This document shows positions 55,106 to 63,780 of a DNA stretch of 64,000 nucleotides, one piece after another. The notes beneath the pieces are model-generated. The model made no database searches, was not told the origin of the DNA, and was given only the letters and a program-made list of their open reading frames with translations. Origin of the DNA: an uncultured Gemmatimonadaceae bacterium (GTDB lineage Bacteria > Gemmatimonadota > Gemmatimonadetes > Gemmatimonadales > Gemmatimonadaceae); assembly GCA_963740355.1 (NCBI GenBank), contig CAVUDW010000002.1, forward strand, positions 1,632,001 through 1,696,000, written 5' to 3'. The stretch's first letter is position 1. Every line of letters starts with the position of its first letter. A program made the position numbers and the translations under genes.

Positions 55106-55243
55106 TTCCGGTGACAGTGCACTGATTGCGCGCCGCTACGAATACTGTTCGGGGCAAATCGGTGACGGGGCAAATCGGTGACAGGGGCAAATCGGTGACA
55201 GTGCACTCATTCGCGAGAATTGAGTGCACTGTCACCGGATTTC
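55106..55243. repeat. REP-like cluster with triple tandem outer arm
   Basis: (ggggcaaatcggtgac[a])x3 leading into full palindrome. Confidence 0.92.
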
Positions 55244-55254
55244 GCGCGGCGCGA

Positions 55255-56751
55255 TCAGGGGTTCTCGAGCCGCAGGCTGAACGCGCGAAGGTCTGGACCG
55301 AGCACCTGGCCACACGAGCCCGGATGGTCCGGCTCCCACTCGACTGTCGCCGTCTCGCTCGGCGTGCCGTTCTCCAGCCGAGCGACTCGCAGCGCGGTAC
55401 GCACGCCACCGCGCACACGTGTGGCGCGCGCAGTGTAGACGCCGTGGGGGATGTCGGTGAGCCGACTGTTCCATCCCGCGCTGTTGTAGCGCACGGTGCG
55501 CGTGATCACTTCGCCCGCGCTGCCGTCGACGAGTGGTCCCTGAGGCACGAGCGCGACTTCCACGTCGTCACCGTTCTCCAGCACGGGGTTGTAGAAGTCC
55601 GACGACGCCACCAGCACCAGCGTCGCGCCGAAGTAGTTGTTCCCGGCGTCGGGGATGCGGCCAGTGAGCTTCCAGCGGAAGTCGCGCACCACGCCGGGGC
55701 CGGGCACGAACGCGTCGTAGTCGCCAGTGTTCGGCATGCCAAGTCGCACGCAGTAGGATCGTCCCGCGTATTCGACTTCGTGCCACGCCTGGACCAGGTG
55801 CGACAGCCCGGCGGGCAATCCGCGAACGGCGTAGCGACCATCGGCACCGGTGCGCGTGCGCACCACGTTCGGGTTCCAGACCATCTTGACCTGCACCATC
55901 ACGTTCGCGAGCGGCTGTCCTCGCGAGTCGAGTGCGACGCCGGTGAGGTCGTCTGGCGTGGGCGTGGGCGTGGGTGTTGGCGGCGGCGCAGCGGCGACGC
56001 GGACCACGACGACGGTGCTCACTGGCGCGAGCCCATCGGCGACACCGGTCAGCGTGATCGCGTAGTCGCCTGCGCCGACCGAGGCTGCGGCCTGAACGCC
56101 GATCGTTGCGGCCGGCCCGGCGATCGGCCCGTTCGCCAGCATAATGGTCATTCCCGCCGGCGCGCCCGCTGCACCGAACGTGACGTTGCCGGTGAAGTCG
56201 GTGCGTGCAATGGCGATGGTGGCGAATGTCGTGGCGCCGCCTGCGACAACTGCCAGTGGCGACGGCGTGACTGCGAGTGTGAAGCGCCCGACGGGCGGTG
56301 CGGGTGCGGGCGTGACGCGCAACACGATCGTAGCGTTCGCGTTGGCGCCGCCTCCAGCACCGGTGATGGTCACGGCGTGGTCACCTGTCGGCGTTGTGGG
56401 TGTGGTGACGAGAGTGACGACGCTCGCGCTGAGGTCCGACGGCAGCGTTGCAGGTTCGAGCGTCGTGGCGATACCAGTCGCACCGCCAGCGGCGAGTGAT
56501 ACGGCGGCGTTGTGCCCGCCTCTGGCGACAGTGACGGTCGTGACAGCGGTCTGGCCTTGTTCGACTGTCACGATCGCGGGTGCGGCCGTGATTGCGAGGG
56601 TGGGCGCGGGCGGTGGGGGATTGCTCGGCGCGGCCGGGCTGTCTGCGCCGCCGCCGCAGGCGGAGAGCAATGCGGTGATGGCAGCGGCGAGCAGGGTGTA
56701 CCGTGCGCGCCGGGAGCGAGGCGCGCTTGGGGGGAGACGAGTGGAGGACAT
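55255..56751 (-). CDS. Lipoprotein with Ig-like and carboxypeptidase-regulatory-like domains
   Basis: Lipobox LSAC; PTPTPT linker; LTGVALDSRGQPLANV...TGADGRYAVRGL. Confidence 0.8.
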   Translation of the reverse strand: MSSTRLPPSAPRSRRARYTLLAAAITALLSACGGGADSPAAPSNPPPPAPTLAITAAPAIVTVEQGQTAVTTVTVARGGHNAAVSLAAGGATGIATTLEPATLPSDLSASVVTLVTTPTTPTGDHAVTITGAGGGANANATIVLRVTPAPAPPVGRFTLAVTPSPLAVVAGGATTFATIAIARTDFTGNVTFGAAGAPAGMTIMLANGPIAGPAATIGVQAAASVGAGDYAITLTGVADGLAPVSTVVVVRVAAAPPPTPTPTPTPDDLTGVALDSRGQPLANVMVQVKMVWNPNVVRTRTGADGRYAVRGLPAGLSHLVQAWHEVEYAGRSYCVRLGMPNTGDYDAFVPGPGVVRDFRWKLTGRIPDAGNNYFGATLVLVASSDFYNPVLENGDDVEVALVPQGPLVDGSAGEVITRTVRYNSAGWNSRLTDIPHGVYTARATRVRGGVRTALRVARLENGTPSETATVEWEPDHPGSCGQVLGPDLRAFSLRLENP

Positions 56752-57003
56752 CGTGGTGGGGGCCGAGAGTGATGGCGCGCTGGCATGAGTGCCGGGGGAT
56801 GCGCTATCACTTTCGTGTGATCAGGCCCTGGTGGGCATGAGTCGTTCGACCCCATTTCGCTCAAGTCACTGCCACGACGTTTTCACGGCACCTCGCACCG
56901 GTCGCCAACGCCTGGAAGCACGGCCACAAGTAGAGCGTGTTGCTTCGGCGCAGGCCCCGAAGCGCTGCGCCGATGGTGAGCTGGGAGCGGCCTCGCGCGA
57001 CGA

Positions 57004-57663
57004 CTACTCGAAGAGCGCGGAAGGAAGTTCCAGTTGCCAGTCGACTTGGGCGCGTGCGCCGCCTAGACCCGACCGGACCTTTTCAAGGATAGAATTTCGG
57101 TGAGCGGCACCCACCAGAAACACGCCGGTCGCGAGCTCGCTGTCTGCAGCAAAAGCGGCGATGTTGGCGAGCATCACCCTATCGCGCAGGTCGTTCTTCT
57201 CTATCCATGAGTCGTAGACAGGATGGAGCTCCGTCGCGCGAAGGTACTCGATCGACGCGCGTACTTCGTTGTGCAGGTTCAGGCATGCCTGCACGCATTC
57301 CTCACTGTTCAGATAGCGCAGGCCGCCCGTCCTGACCGCTGCGCTGTGGCTGTCGCAAAGGTTTCGATAATCTCGGCTGACACGCTCGACGCGATCGAAC
57401 ACTACTTTTGTCGACCGAAAGAACTGCTCGTCAGGCTCGTCGTGGTCGACTGCAACCACGACGATTGGGTGCCGCGTCGCAAAATCCGCAACAGCGAGCG
57501 ATTCGAGGTTGCCGTGGGAGCCATCGGTGTACTGCTTGGCCTTCTCCTTCGGAATCTCGGCAAAGACGACTCGGGGCTTCAGCCGTTCAAGAAGCGCTAC
57601 GAGTGCTTCGCTGGTTGCGCGACCGCTGTCGCCGTGCACGGTGCTGATCAGGGTGACGTGCAT
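57004..57663 (-). CDS. Hypothetical protein (possible TraB/Tiki-like fold)
   Basis: STVH..., VVFAE, RDRVMLANI, FLVGAAHR motif order. Confidence 0.6.
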   Translation of the reverse strand: MHVTLISTVHGDSGRATSEALVALLERLKPRVVFAEIPKEKAKQYTDGSHGNLESLAVADFATRHPIVVVAVDHDEPDEQFFRSTKVVFDRVERVSRDYRNLCDSHSAAVRTGGLRYLNSEECVQACLNLHNEVRASIEYLRATELHPVYDSWIEKNDLRDRVMLANIAAFAADSELATGVFLVGAAHRNSILEKVRSGLGGARAQVDWQLELPSALFE

Positions 57664-57764
57664 CTGCGAATTGCGGGAATAGTGTGTCTCTCACCACGAT
57701 GGCGTTGGCCGTTCGTTCTTCGGACTACCTGATGCAGCAGTACAAGAAGCGCGAGCTGTCGCGG

Positions 57765-57943
57765 CGCGTGCGCCCGAGCACGGTGTCCATTTCCCACTGC
57801 CCGATGCGTGAGCGATTCGTCGCCCCCGCTGGCCGCGCCGAGCTGTGACGTTTCCCGGCGAGCCGCTCGCGACTGTCGTACTTCCTGTAGCGTTTGCGAA
57901 TGCGCTTGTTAGCGCGGCGAAGATGCACATGCAACGTCGGCAT
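57765..57943 (-). mobile_element. IS30-family transposase fragment
   Basis: LRRANKRIRKRYRKYDSRERLAGKRH..RP....RSRIGQWEMDTVLG resembles the IS30 segment containing the first catalytic Asp (GHWExDT); no full ORF or IRs seen. Confidence 0.75.
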
Positions 57944-57980
57944 TGACGACCCCGACGTGACACCGTGTCACCGCCGTACC

Positions 57981-59336
57981 TCACCACGATCGCGGCACGC
58001 TCACCGTATCGGCTCGCGTCAGCCTGATCCGCAGCGATTTCCCGCTCCGCACCAGCATCGTGTCAGCGGACCATTCGCCCGCATCGTCGAGGCGAAGCGT
58101 GAGTGGTATCGTCGGCTGACCATCTGCGCGTGTCATCACGAGACGAATACGTGCCATCATGGCGCTGTCCAGCGCGGATCGCGGCGGTATGTAAGCCTCG
58201 AGCGCTGGCCAGATCGAAGCGGGTGCAGATCGCAGCTTGAAGACGAGCTCCGCCTGCAACACGCGCACGACTTCATTGGTGGGCATTCCCGGCCGATCGG
58301 TTGACGCGAGCCAAACGAGCTTCGCCGGATTGTCTCGCGTCGTTGGCGTCGCCGCAGCAGGCAGCGACATGCGATCGTCAGCAGCGTATCCGACGAGGTT
58401 GTAAGCAGCATACGGTGCGCGCACGATCTCCGTGGTGCTGCGCACACTGTCCGGCCCTTCCCACCGGTACGCGGGCTTGTCAACGGTACGAAACCACCAC
58501 GTTGCAGTGGAATCATCGGCGGTCATTGTGACGCGATAGCTGCCCCGCAACCGGCTGGGCCTTGTCGCGATGCGTTCCATGTCATGCTTCAGGATCGCTG
58601 AGCGAAGCAGTCGCCGGATCGGCTCACGCTCGCTCTGCTCAGCGTGGGCGCGAGCCCATGCGAGCATGTTCGCATCCGACACGGAGTCGGCCAGCCCCGG
58701 TCCGAAGTCGTCAGGGCTCGCGCTGGGATTCGACACGGTGAAATCGAACAACGCCTCCGGCGAGGACACCAGTTCTCGTGACGCGGCCGGCGCGAAGCGC
58801 ATCAGCAATCCCTGTTTACGCGGAAATGGATAGTTCCAGGTATCCGGGATCACGAGCACCGGGACATTGTTGAGCCACGCCTCGCGCGGCGCCAGTGTCG
58901 CGACGATGTAGCCGATGTCGCCGCGGCGCACCCAGGCGACGGTGTCGTTCCACACCAGCGCGCGACAGTCGGCGCCGTAGGGCCGCGCCTGGATGTACGC
59001 CGTTGGTTCACTGTCACGGATGCCCGCGGCTGCAAACTCGGCACGCGTGGCGGAATCGAGTCGAGTGAGACGCACGCGGGCCGACGGCATCGGAGTGTCC
59101 GGTCCGGCAACCGGTGGTGCACCGGGACGCGCGGGTGGTGTCGAGAACGACATCGCCTTCAGCCGACTGATCACGAGCGGCAGCGTCGTATCCAGCTCGA
59201 CGCGCACCACGGCCTTCACGCTGCCGGGCGCCAACGTGCAGCGCGCTCGTTCAACACCGTGCGCCGGCGCGTCCATCGCGGCACGCAACGTCAGCGCGAG
59301 CGCCGGAAGAATCGCCAGCGGGATCGGGAGCTTCAT
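57981..59336 (-). CDS. Secreted hypothetical protein
   Basis: 451-aa ORF with signal peptide. Confidence 0.7.
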   Translation of the reverse strand: MKLPIPLAILPALALTLRAAMDAPAHGVERARCTLAPGSVKAVVRVELDTTLPLVISRLKAMSFSTPPARPGAPPVAGPDTPMPSARVRLTRLDSATRAEFAAAGIRDSEPTAYIQARPYGADCRALVWNDTVAWVRRGDIGYIVATLAPREAWLNNVPVLVIPDTWNYPFPRKQGLLMRFAPAASRELVSSPEALFDFTVSNPSASPDDFGPGLADSVSDANMLAWARAHAEQSEREPIRRLLRSAILKHDMERIATRPSRLRGSYRVTMTADDSTATWWFRTVDKPAYRWEGPDSVRSTTEIVRAPYAAYNLVGYAADDRMSLPAAATPTTRDNPAKLVWLASTDRPGMPTNEVVRVLQAELVFKLRSAPASIWPALEAYIPPRSALDSAMMARIRLVMTRADGQPTIPLTLRLDDAGEWSADTMLVRSGKSLRIRLTRADTVSVPRSW

Positions 59337-59375
59337 GAGGGTCTCGCCTGATTTCGTTGCGGTTCAAAGTTGACT

Positions 59376-60380
59376 TCAGACGCCCCGCGCCACTTTTGCA
59401 ACCCAGCCGAGCAAGCCATCGTAGTCTTTGCCGTCGACGCGCGCGTTCGCCATCATAAACTCTTTTGCACCTCGCGTGAACGTCGAGGTGGTGACAAGAA
59501 CTCCCTTGTTTGCCTGATGTGAATCACTCGCAACCGTACCAAGCAGCGACCTCATGGTTTCTAGGCCGACTTTATTCTTGTTCGCGTACTGCTTGCACTC
59601 GAAGTAAATGATCAACGGAATACCTGCTACTGTGTGGCTGGCCACAATGTCTTTGCCGCCGTCACGGCTTCTTGGGGTCAGCTGTACGTCTTCAAACCCC
59701 AAACGCGAGAGCAGATCAGCGATGAACTCCTCGAACTGCCGCGGTGAGATACTTCGAACCTCTGAAGGATTGCGAAGAATTCTTGAAAGGACGTCGAGCG
59801 GAAGCCGCGCTGCCGTGACAAAGCTTCTTGGCTCAGTGCGAACTAGGTCAATCGTTTCCAGTTCGATTGCATCGATGTCGTCAGCGGTCGGGTCCGCGAT
59901 CGTGACCGGGCTAATCAGCGCAATTGCTTGCAGCTGGGCGGCAAGTCGCTCCGAAAAACGGTTCGTCGCTGCATTGCTTTCTTGAATCTGACGTAGAAGC
60001 TCTGTGTCGATCACGGCTCGGCTGAGCCGCGCGCTTTCCGCGATATTACGAATCGCAAGCTGTGCGCGTGAGTCTCCAGTCGCGATCAGACCAAGATTCT
60101 GCTGCAATATGGAAATGCCTTGTACTGCGTTCCACAGCGCGCCACGCGGCTGAACGTTTGAGTTGCGAGCCAGAGAGATCTTAAGCTGAAGCGCGGCCAC
60201 GCTGTCGGCGGCAAGTCGTGCTGCGGCTTCAATGCTACGATAACGCGCGGCGTCGTGCATTCGGAGAGATTCCGCGAGCGGTGCCACGGCGTCGTGCTGT
60301 GGTCCCATCAACTTCTTCTGGGACTCCATGCTCGCAAGGAGCGCTGCGGAACGCCTGATCGATTCCTCTATGCTCGACAT
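59376..60380 (-). CDS. Mrr-family restriction endonuclease domain protein, likely integron cassette gene
   Basis: SPRQFEEFIADLL...DGGKDIVA...FECKQY...GVLVTTSTFT; helical N-terminus; more AT-rich than flanks. Confidence 0.85.
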   Translation of the reverse strand: MSSIEESIRRSAALLASMESQKKLMGPQHDAVAPLAESLRMHDAARYRSIEAAARLAADSVAALQLKISLARNSNVQPRGALWNAVQGISILQQNLGLIATGDSRAQLAIRNIAESARLSRAVIDTELLRQIQESNAATNRFSERLAAQLQAIALISPVTIADPTADDIDAIELETIDLVRTEPRSFVTAARLPLDVLSRILRNPSEVRSISPRQFEEFIADLLSRLGFEDVQLTPRSRDGGKDIVASHTVAGIPLIIYFECKQYANKNKVGLETMRSLLGTVASDSHQANKGVLVTTSTFTRGAKEFMMANARVDGKDYDGLLGWVAKVARGV

Positions 60381-60393
60381 GCCATGTGTGGCG

Positions 60394-60488
60394 AACGAAC
60401 GAACATGGTTCTGCTGCGAAGCGGCCAACCGACCGCTCTCCTGTTCACAATTCTCTGGCCGCTTCGTCAGCAGCAACCGGCGTTAGAG
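60394..60488 (-). other. Integron attC recombination site (95 bp)
   Basis: Minus strand CTCTAAC-gccgg-TTGCTGCTGACGAAGCGGCCA...TGGCCGCTTCGCAGCAGAA-ccatgttc-GTTCGTT, with two unpaired bases (G, A) at the canonical positions. Confidence 0.8.
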
Positions 60489-60515
60489 TGCCACTCCGGT
60501 TCGGCGCGACGTAAC

Positions 60516-60950
60516 TCAGATGGTGAGCGGACTTGACAGCGATGTGTTCTCGCTGGCTTCCGCTTGCCGAATCCCTCGAAGCGTCAAAGTGCCTCGCCAA
60601 GCGTTGTAGAATGCGAGACACAGCAGACTGCCGAAGATGAGAATCACGAACGAACCCATTGTCAACACGCGAAAGACCACATTTCCGGCCGTGAGCACGC
60701 CGAGGATCTGTGCGGCAATGGGGCTCTGGTGTCGATACATCCACCAGCCGAGCGCGCAGTTGAAAGCCGCGCTCGCCTCAGCACGCCAGAACAGTCCCCA
60801 CTGGTCGGAGCTTACGGCAATGACTCCGAAGACCGCACCGGAGAACGACGCGCTTACCCACGCCGCGACTACTGCGATCTTGATTTGGCGCAGGGCGTGC
60901 TCGCGCAAAGCTCGGCGCGCACGGAGGTCCACAGGGACTGCTTCCTGCAT
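60516..60950 (-). CDS. Hypothetical 4-TM membrane protein, first integron cassette gene
   Basis: Hydrophobic ORF bounded by GTTAGAG upstream and attC downstream. Confidence 0.7.
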   Translation of the reverse strand: MQEAVPVDLRARRALREHALRQIKIAVVAAWVSASFSGAVFGVIAVSSDQWGLFWRAEASAAFNCALGWWMYRHQSPIAAQILGVLTAGNVVFRVLTMGSFVILIFGSLLCLAFYNAWRGTLTLRGIRQAEASENTSLSSPLTI

Positions 60951-60973
60951 GCGAAACCAAAGTTAGTGTGGCT

Positions 60974-60992
60974 CTCTAACGAGGATTATACC
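60974..60992 (-). other. attI-like site
   Basis: Minus strand GGTATAA-TCCTC-GTTAGAG (7-5-7 geometry); core is the exact complement of the attC R'' CTCTAAC; no attC hairpin upstream. Confidence 0.6.
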
Positions 60993-61034
60993 GCCAGCCT
61001 CCCGATATCCCGAGGCTGTAGAACCGTTCTTCGC

Positions 61035-61043
61035 AGTATAGCA
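61035..61043 (-). promoter_or_regulatory. Candidate extended -10 promoter (Pc-like) facing the cassettes
   Basis: TGcTATACT on minus strand about 55 nt upstream of the attI-like core. Confidence 0.4.
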
Positions 61044-61136
61044 CCAAGAAATCCCCAACGCACCACCCGCCATTCTCGGTTTCTGCGCCGGCTTCTCCCG
61101 CAACCGCTCTGCAGAACCACACCCGAACGCGCCCCC

Positions 61137-61174
61137 AAACAAAAAGCCAGCCCCCGCGATTTGCGGAGACTGGC
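61137..61174 (-). terminator. Intrinsic terminator downstream of lolA
   Basis: GCCAGTCTCCGC-aaatc-GCGGGGGCTGGC followed by TTTTTGTTT. Confidence 0.75.
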
Positions 61175-61224
61175 CCGAACCCTCATCTGGCCCCAACGAA
61201 CCGGCAGCAGGGACCTCGACTCCC

Positions 61225-61914
61225 TCACATCCCCCGCGTCAACGCCGCCTGATCCACCACCGTGATCCCACGCGGCACCGCGAAGCTGAACGCGCCTGCC
61301 GCCATCGCCACACCACGAGTGATCGTGGTAAATGACAACGTCCGCACGAGCCCGGAATGCTCCGTCACCTCGAGCTGCTTCAACACGCCAGTCCCCGGCA
61401 CCACGGTCAGAACGGCCCGCGAAAACCCAACCTCGCTCTTCGGCACCAACACCAGCTTCCGCAGGGCAACACCACCCACGGTCACGGCCCCACCGTCCGT
61501 CACGACAAACTTCCGCGAAGGCGAAGTAAAGAACTGCCCCACAAGGTCAACACCCCCCGGAGCTCCGGCACCAACCGGCATCTTCAATACCTGCCCCGGC
61601 GTCGCACTCGGCACGAACACCCACAGCGTCTTCCCATCGGAAACGATCCGATCCCCCGCCGGCTGCGAAAAGTTCACCGAAAACACCCCAGGCCCGCGCT
61701 GTAAATAGCTGCCTGCCGAGGGTGTTTCAGTAGACGTTATCGGATTCTTCACCCGCTGCGTGAACTCCGCCCGCAAGCCGCGCGACCCGGTATACAACGC
61801 CGCCGTGCGTTCCAGCAAAGCCGAAGCAGACGGCGCGCGCGTCGCAGGCCGAGCCTGCGCCGTCAGCAGCGCAGGGACCAGCAGGGCAGCAGCAGCCAAT
61901 CGATGATATTTCAC
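61225..61914 (-). CDS. lolA: Outer-membrane lipoprotein carrier protein LolA
   Basis: AAGGAGG RBS + GTG; LRAEFTQ, GDRIVSDGKTLWVF, FSFAVPRGITVVDQ. Confidence 0.85.
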   Translation of the reverse strand: MKYHRLAAAALLVPALLTAQARPATRAPSASALLERTAALYTGSRGLRAEFTQRVKNPITSTETPSAGSYLQRGPGVFSVNFSQPAGDRIVSDGKTLWVFVPSATPGQVLKMPVGAGAPGGVDLVGQFFTSPSRKFVVTDGGAVTVGGVALRKLVLVPKSEVGFSRAVLTVVPGTGVLKQLEVTEHSGLVRTLSFTTITRGVAMAAGAFSFAVPRGITVVDQAALTRGM

Positions 61915-61969
61915 GCTTACCTCCTTACGCAGAATTACAGCAGAGCTTCCTCGAGATGTGGTACCCCCC

Positions 61970-63010
61970 TCAAGCAACTGCCGTTCCTGCGCCCATGATC
62001 GAGCGACCCACCGCCTCAGCAATTGGGATCAGGCTCCGCACCATCTCCTCGAACTGCGGCGGATGCAGGCTCTGCGCACCATCGCTCCACGCCTTGTCCG
62101 GCTGCTGGTGCACTTCGACGATCACACCATCAGCGCCCACGGCCACCGTCGCACGCGCCAGCGGCGGCACGGCATCACGAATGCCGACGCCATGGCTCGG
62201 GTCACCGATGATCGGCAGGTGCGACAACTTCTGGATCACGGGAATGGCCGCGAGATCGTACACGTTGCGTGTGGCAGTGTCGTAGCTGCGAATGCCGCGC
62301 TCGCACAAGATCACCTTGCGGTTGCCTTCCGACATGATGTACTCGGCCGCCAGCAACCACTCGGTGATCGTGGCAGACATGCCGCGCTTGAGCAGGATCG
62401 GCACGTTCAACTTTCCGAGATGCTTGAGCAGCGAGAAGTTCATCATGTTGCGCGCGCCAAGCTGGATGCAGTCGGCGTACTTGGCCACGAGATCAGCCTG
62501 GCGCTCGTCCATCGCCTCGGTGATGATGGGCATGCCGGTCTCGTTGCGCGCGAGTGCGAGCTGACGCAGGCCCTCCTCACCCAGTCCCTGGAATGCATAC
62601 GGCGATGTGCGCGGCTTGTAGGCGCCGCCGCGCAATGCGACAGCACCGGCGGCCTTCACGAGGTGCGCGATGTGGAGGATTTCCTTCTCGCCTTCGACGC
62701 TGCACGGGCCGGCGATGACGGGAACTTCCGTGCCACCGAACACGACACCGTTGCCGATCGATACCAATGACTTGTCGGGTTGCCACTCGCGCGAGACCTG
62801 CTTGTACGGCTTCGAGTCGTAGAGCACACTGGCCACGCCAGCCATGCCCTCGAAGTGCGACGTGTCCACCTGACCGTCGTCACCAGCCACGCCGATCGCG
62901 GTGCGCATCGCGCCCGGCATCGGCAGGGGATTGAAGCCCAGCAGCTTGATCGCATCACACACCGCTTCGATCTCTTGCGGCGTGGCATTCCGTTGCATCA
63001 TCACCAGCAT
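61970..63010 (-). CDS. aroF: 3-deoxy-7-phosphoheptulonate (DAHP) synthase, type I-beta with N-terminal regulatory domain
   Basis: IAGPCSVE, RGGAYKPRTSPYAFQGLG, LGARNM, LCERGIR, DPSHG, SDGAQSL. Confidence 0.96.
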   Translation of the reverse strand: MLVMMQRNATPQEIEAVCDAIKLLGFNPLPMPGAMRTAIGVAGDDGQVDTSHFEGMAGVASVLYDSKPYKQVSREWQPDKSLVSIGNGVVFGGTEVPVIAGPCSVEGEKEILHIAHLVKAAGAVALRGGAYKPRTSPYAFQGLGEEGLRQLALARNETGMPIITEAMDERQADLVAKYADCIQLGARNMMNFSLLKHLGKLNVPILLKRGMSATITEWLLAAEYIMSEGNRKVILCERGIRSYDTATRNVYDLAAIPVIQKLSHLPIIGDPSHGVGIRDAVPPLARATVAVGADGVIVEVHQQPDKAWSDGAQSLHPPQFEEMVRSLIPIAEAVGRSIMGAGTAVA

Positions 63011-63021
63011 CGCGTACGTCC

Positions 63022-63780
63022 TCAGCAGTCGAGCACGAGGCCGTCCGTGGCAATCACGGTCGGCCCGGCCCAGCGCGCGCCAAGCTCGGCGCGCAGATCG
63101 ATCCCCTCAAGCGGGGGATACATATGGGTCACCACCAGCAGCCCAGGTGTCGCCGCCTCGGCCAGCGCCGCGGTCTGCGACGGGGTGAGATGGATCGACA
63201 CGGGCATCGAGTCGGGCAGGGAACACTCCGCCAGCAACAGGTCGCACCCCGCCGCCCACGGGCCGAGTGACGGGTCGTCACCGGTGTCCCCGGTATAGAC
63301 CAGCCGCTTGCCGCCGTGCGTGAGGGAATATGCCACGCTTTCGGGCGTATGTGGCACCGAACGGCTGCTGAGCGTCACGGACTCCGACAGGGCCACCGGA
63401 GTCTCGAGCATCGGCTCGATGACCTCCACGGGGAAGCCAGGGGCCTGCAACCAGTCTCCGAGTGCGGCGGCCCACCGCACGATCAGCTCCTTCGTCCCCG
63501 CCGGGCCGACAATCGTCAACGGCGCCGTCCTCGGCTCCAGCCGCGCATGACGCCAGGCGAAAATCAGCGTCGGCAGGTCACCTATGTGGTCGAGGTGGAA
63601 ATGGGTCAGCACGATGTGCGTCACCCCCCACCAATCCATCCCGTGCCGCGCCATCGTATGCGCCGCCCCGGGCCCACAGTCGAAGAGCACCTTCAGCTCC
63701 CCCACATCCACCAGATACGCCGCACACCCGCGCGTCGGCGACAGCGAAATCGTGCCGGAGCCAATCACCGAAAGTCGCAT
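63022..63780 (-). CDS. MBL-fold metallo-hydrolase (RNase Z-like)
   Basis: DCGPG, THFHLDH, YTGDTG, LLAEC, VVTH. Confidence 0.9.
   Translation of the reverse strand: MRLSVIGSGTISLSPTRGCAAYLVDVGELKVLFDCGPGAAHTMARHGMDWWGVTHIVLTHFHLDHIGDLPTLIFAWRHARLEPRTAPLTIVGPAGTKELIVRWAAALGDWLQAPGFPVEVIEPMLETPVALSESVTLSSRSVPHTPESVAYSLTHGGKRLVYTGDTGDDPSLGPWAAGCDLLLAECSLPDSMPVSIHLTPSQTAALAEAATPGLLVVTHMYPPLEGIDLRAELGARWAGPTVIATDGLVLDC

Noticed and set aside
57896..57916. Minus-strand GCTAACAAGCGCATTC resembling an attC start
   Set aside because: No complementary arm or GTT end; lies in frame within the IS30 fragment (ANKRIRK)
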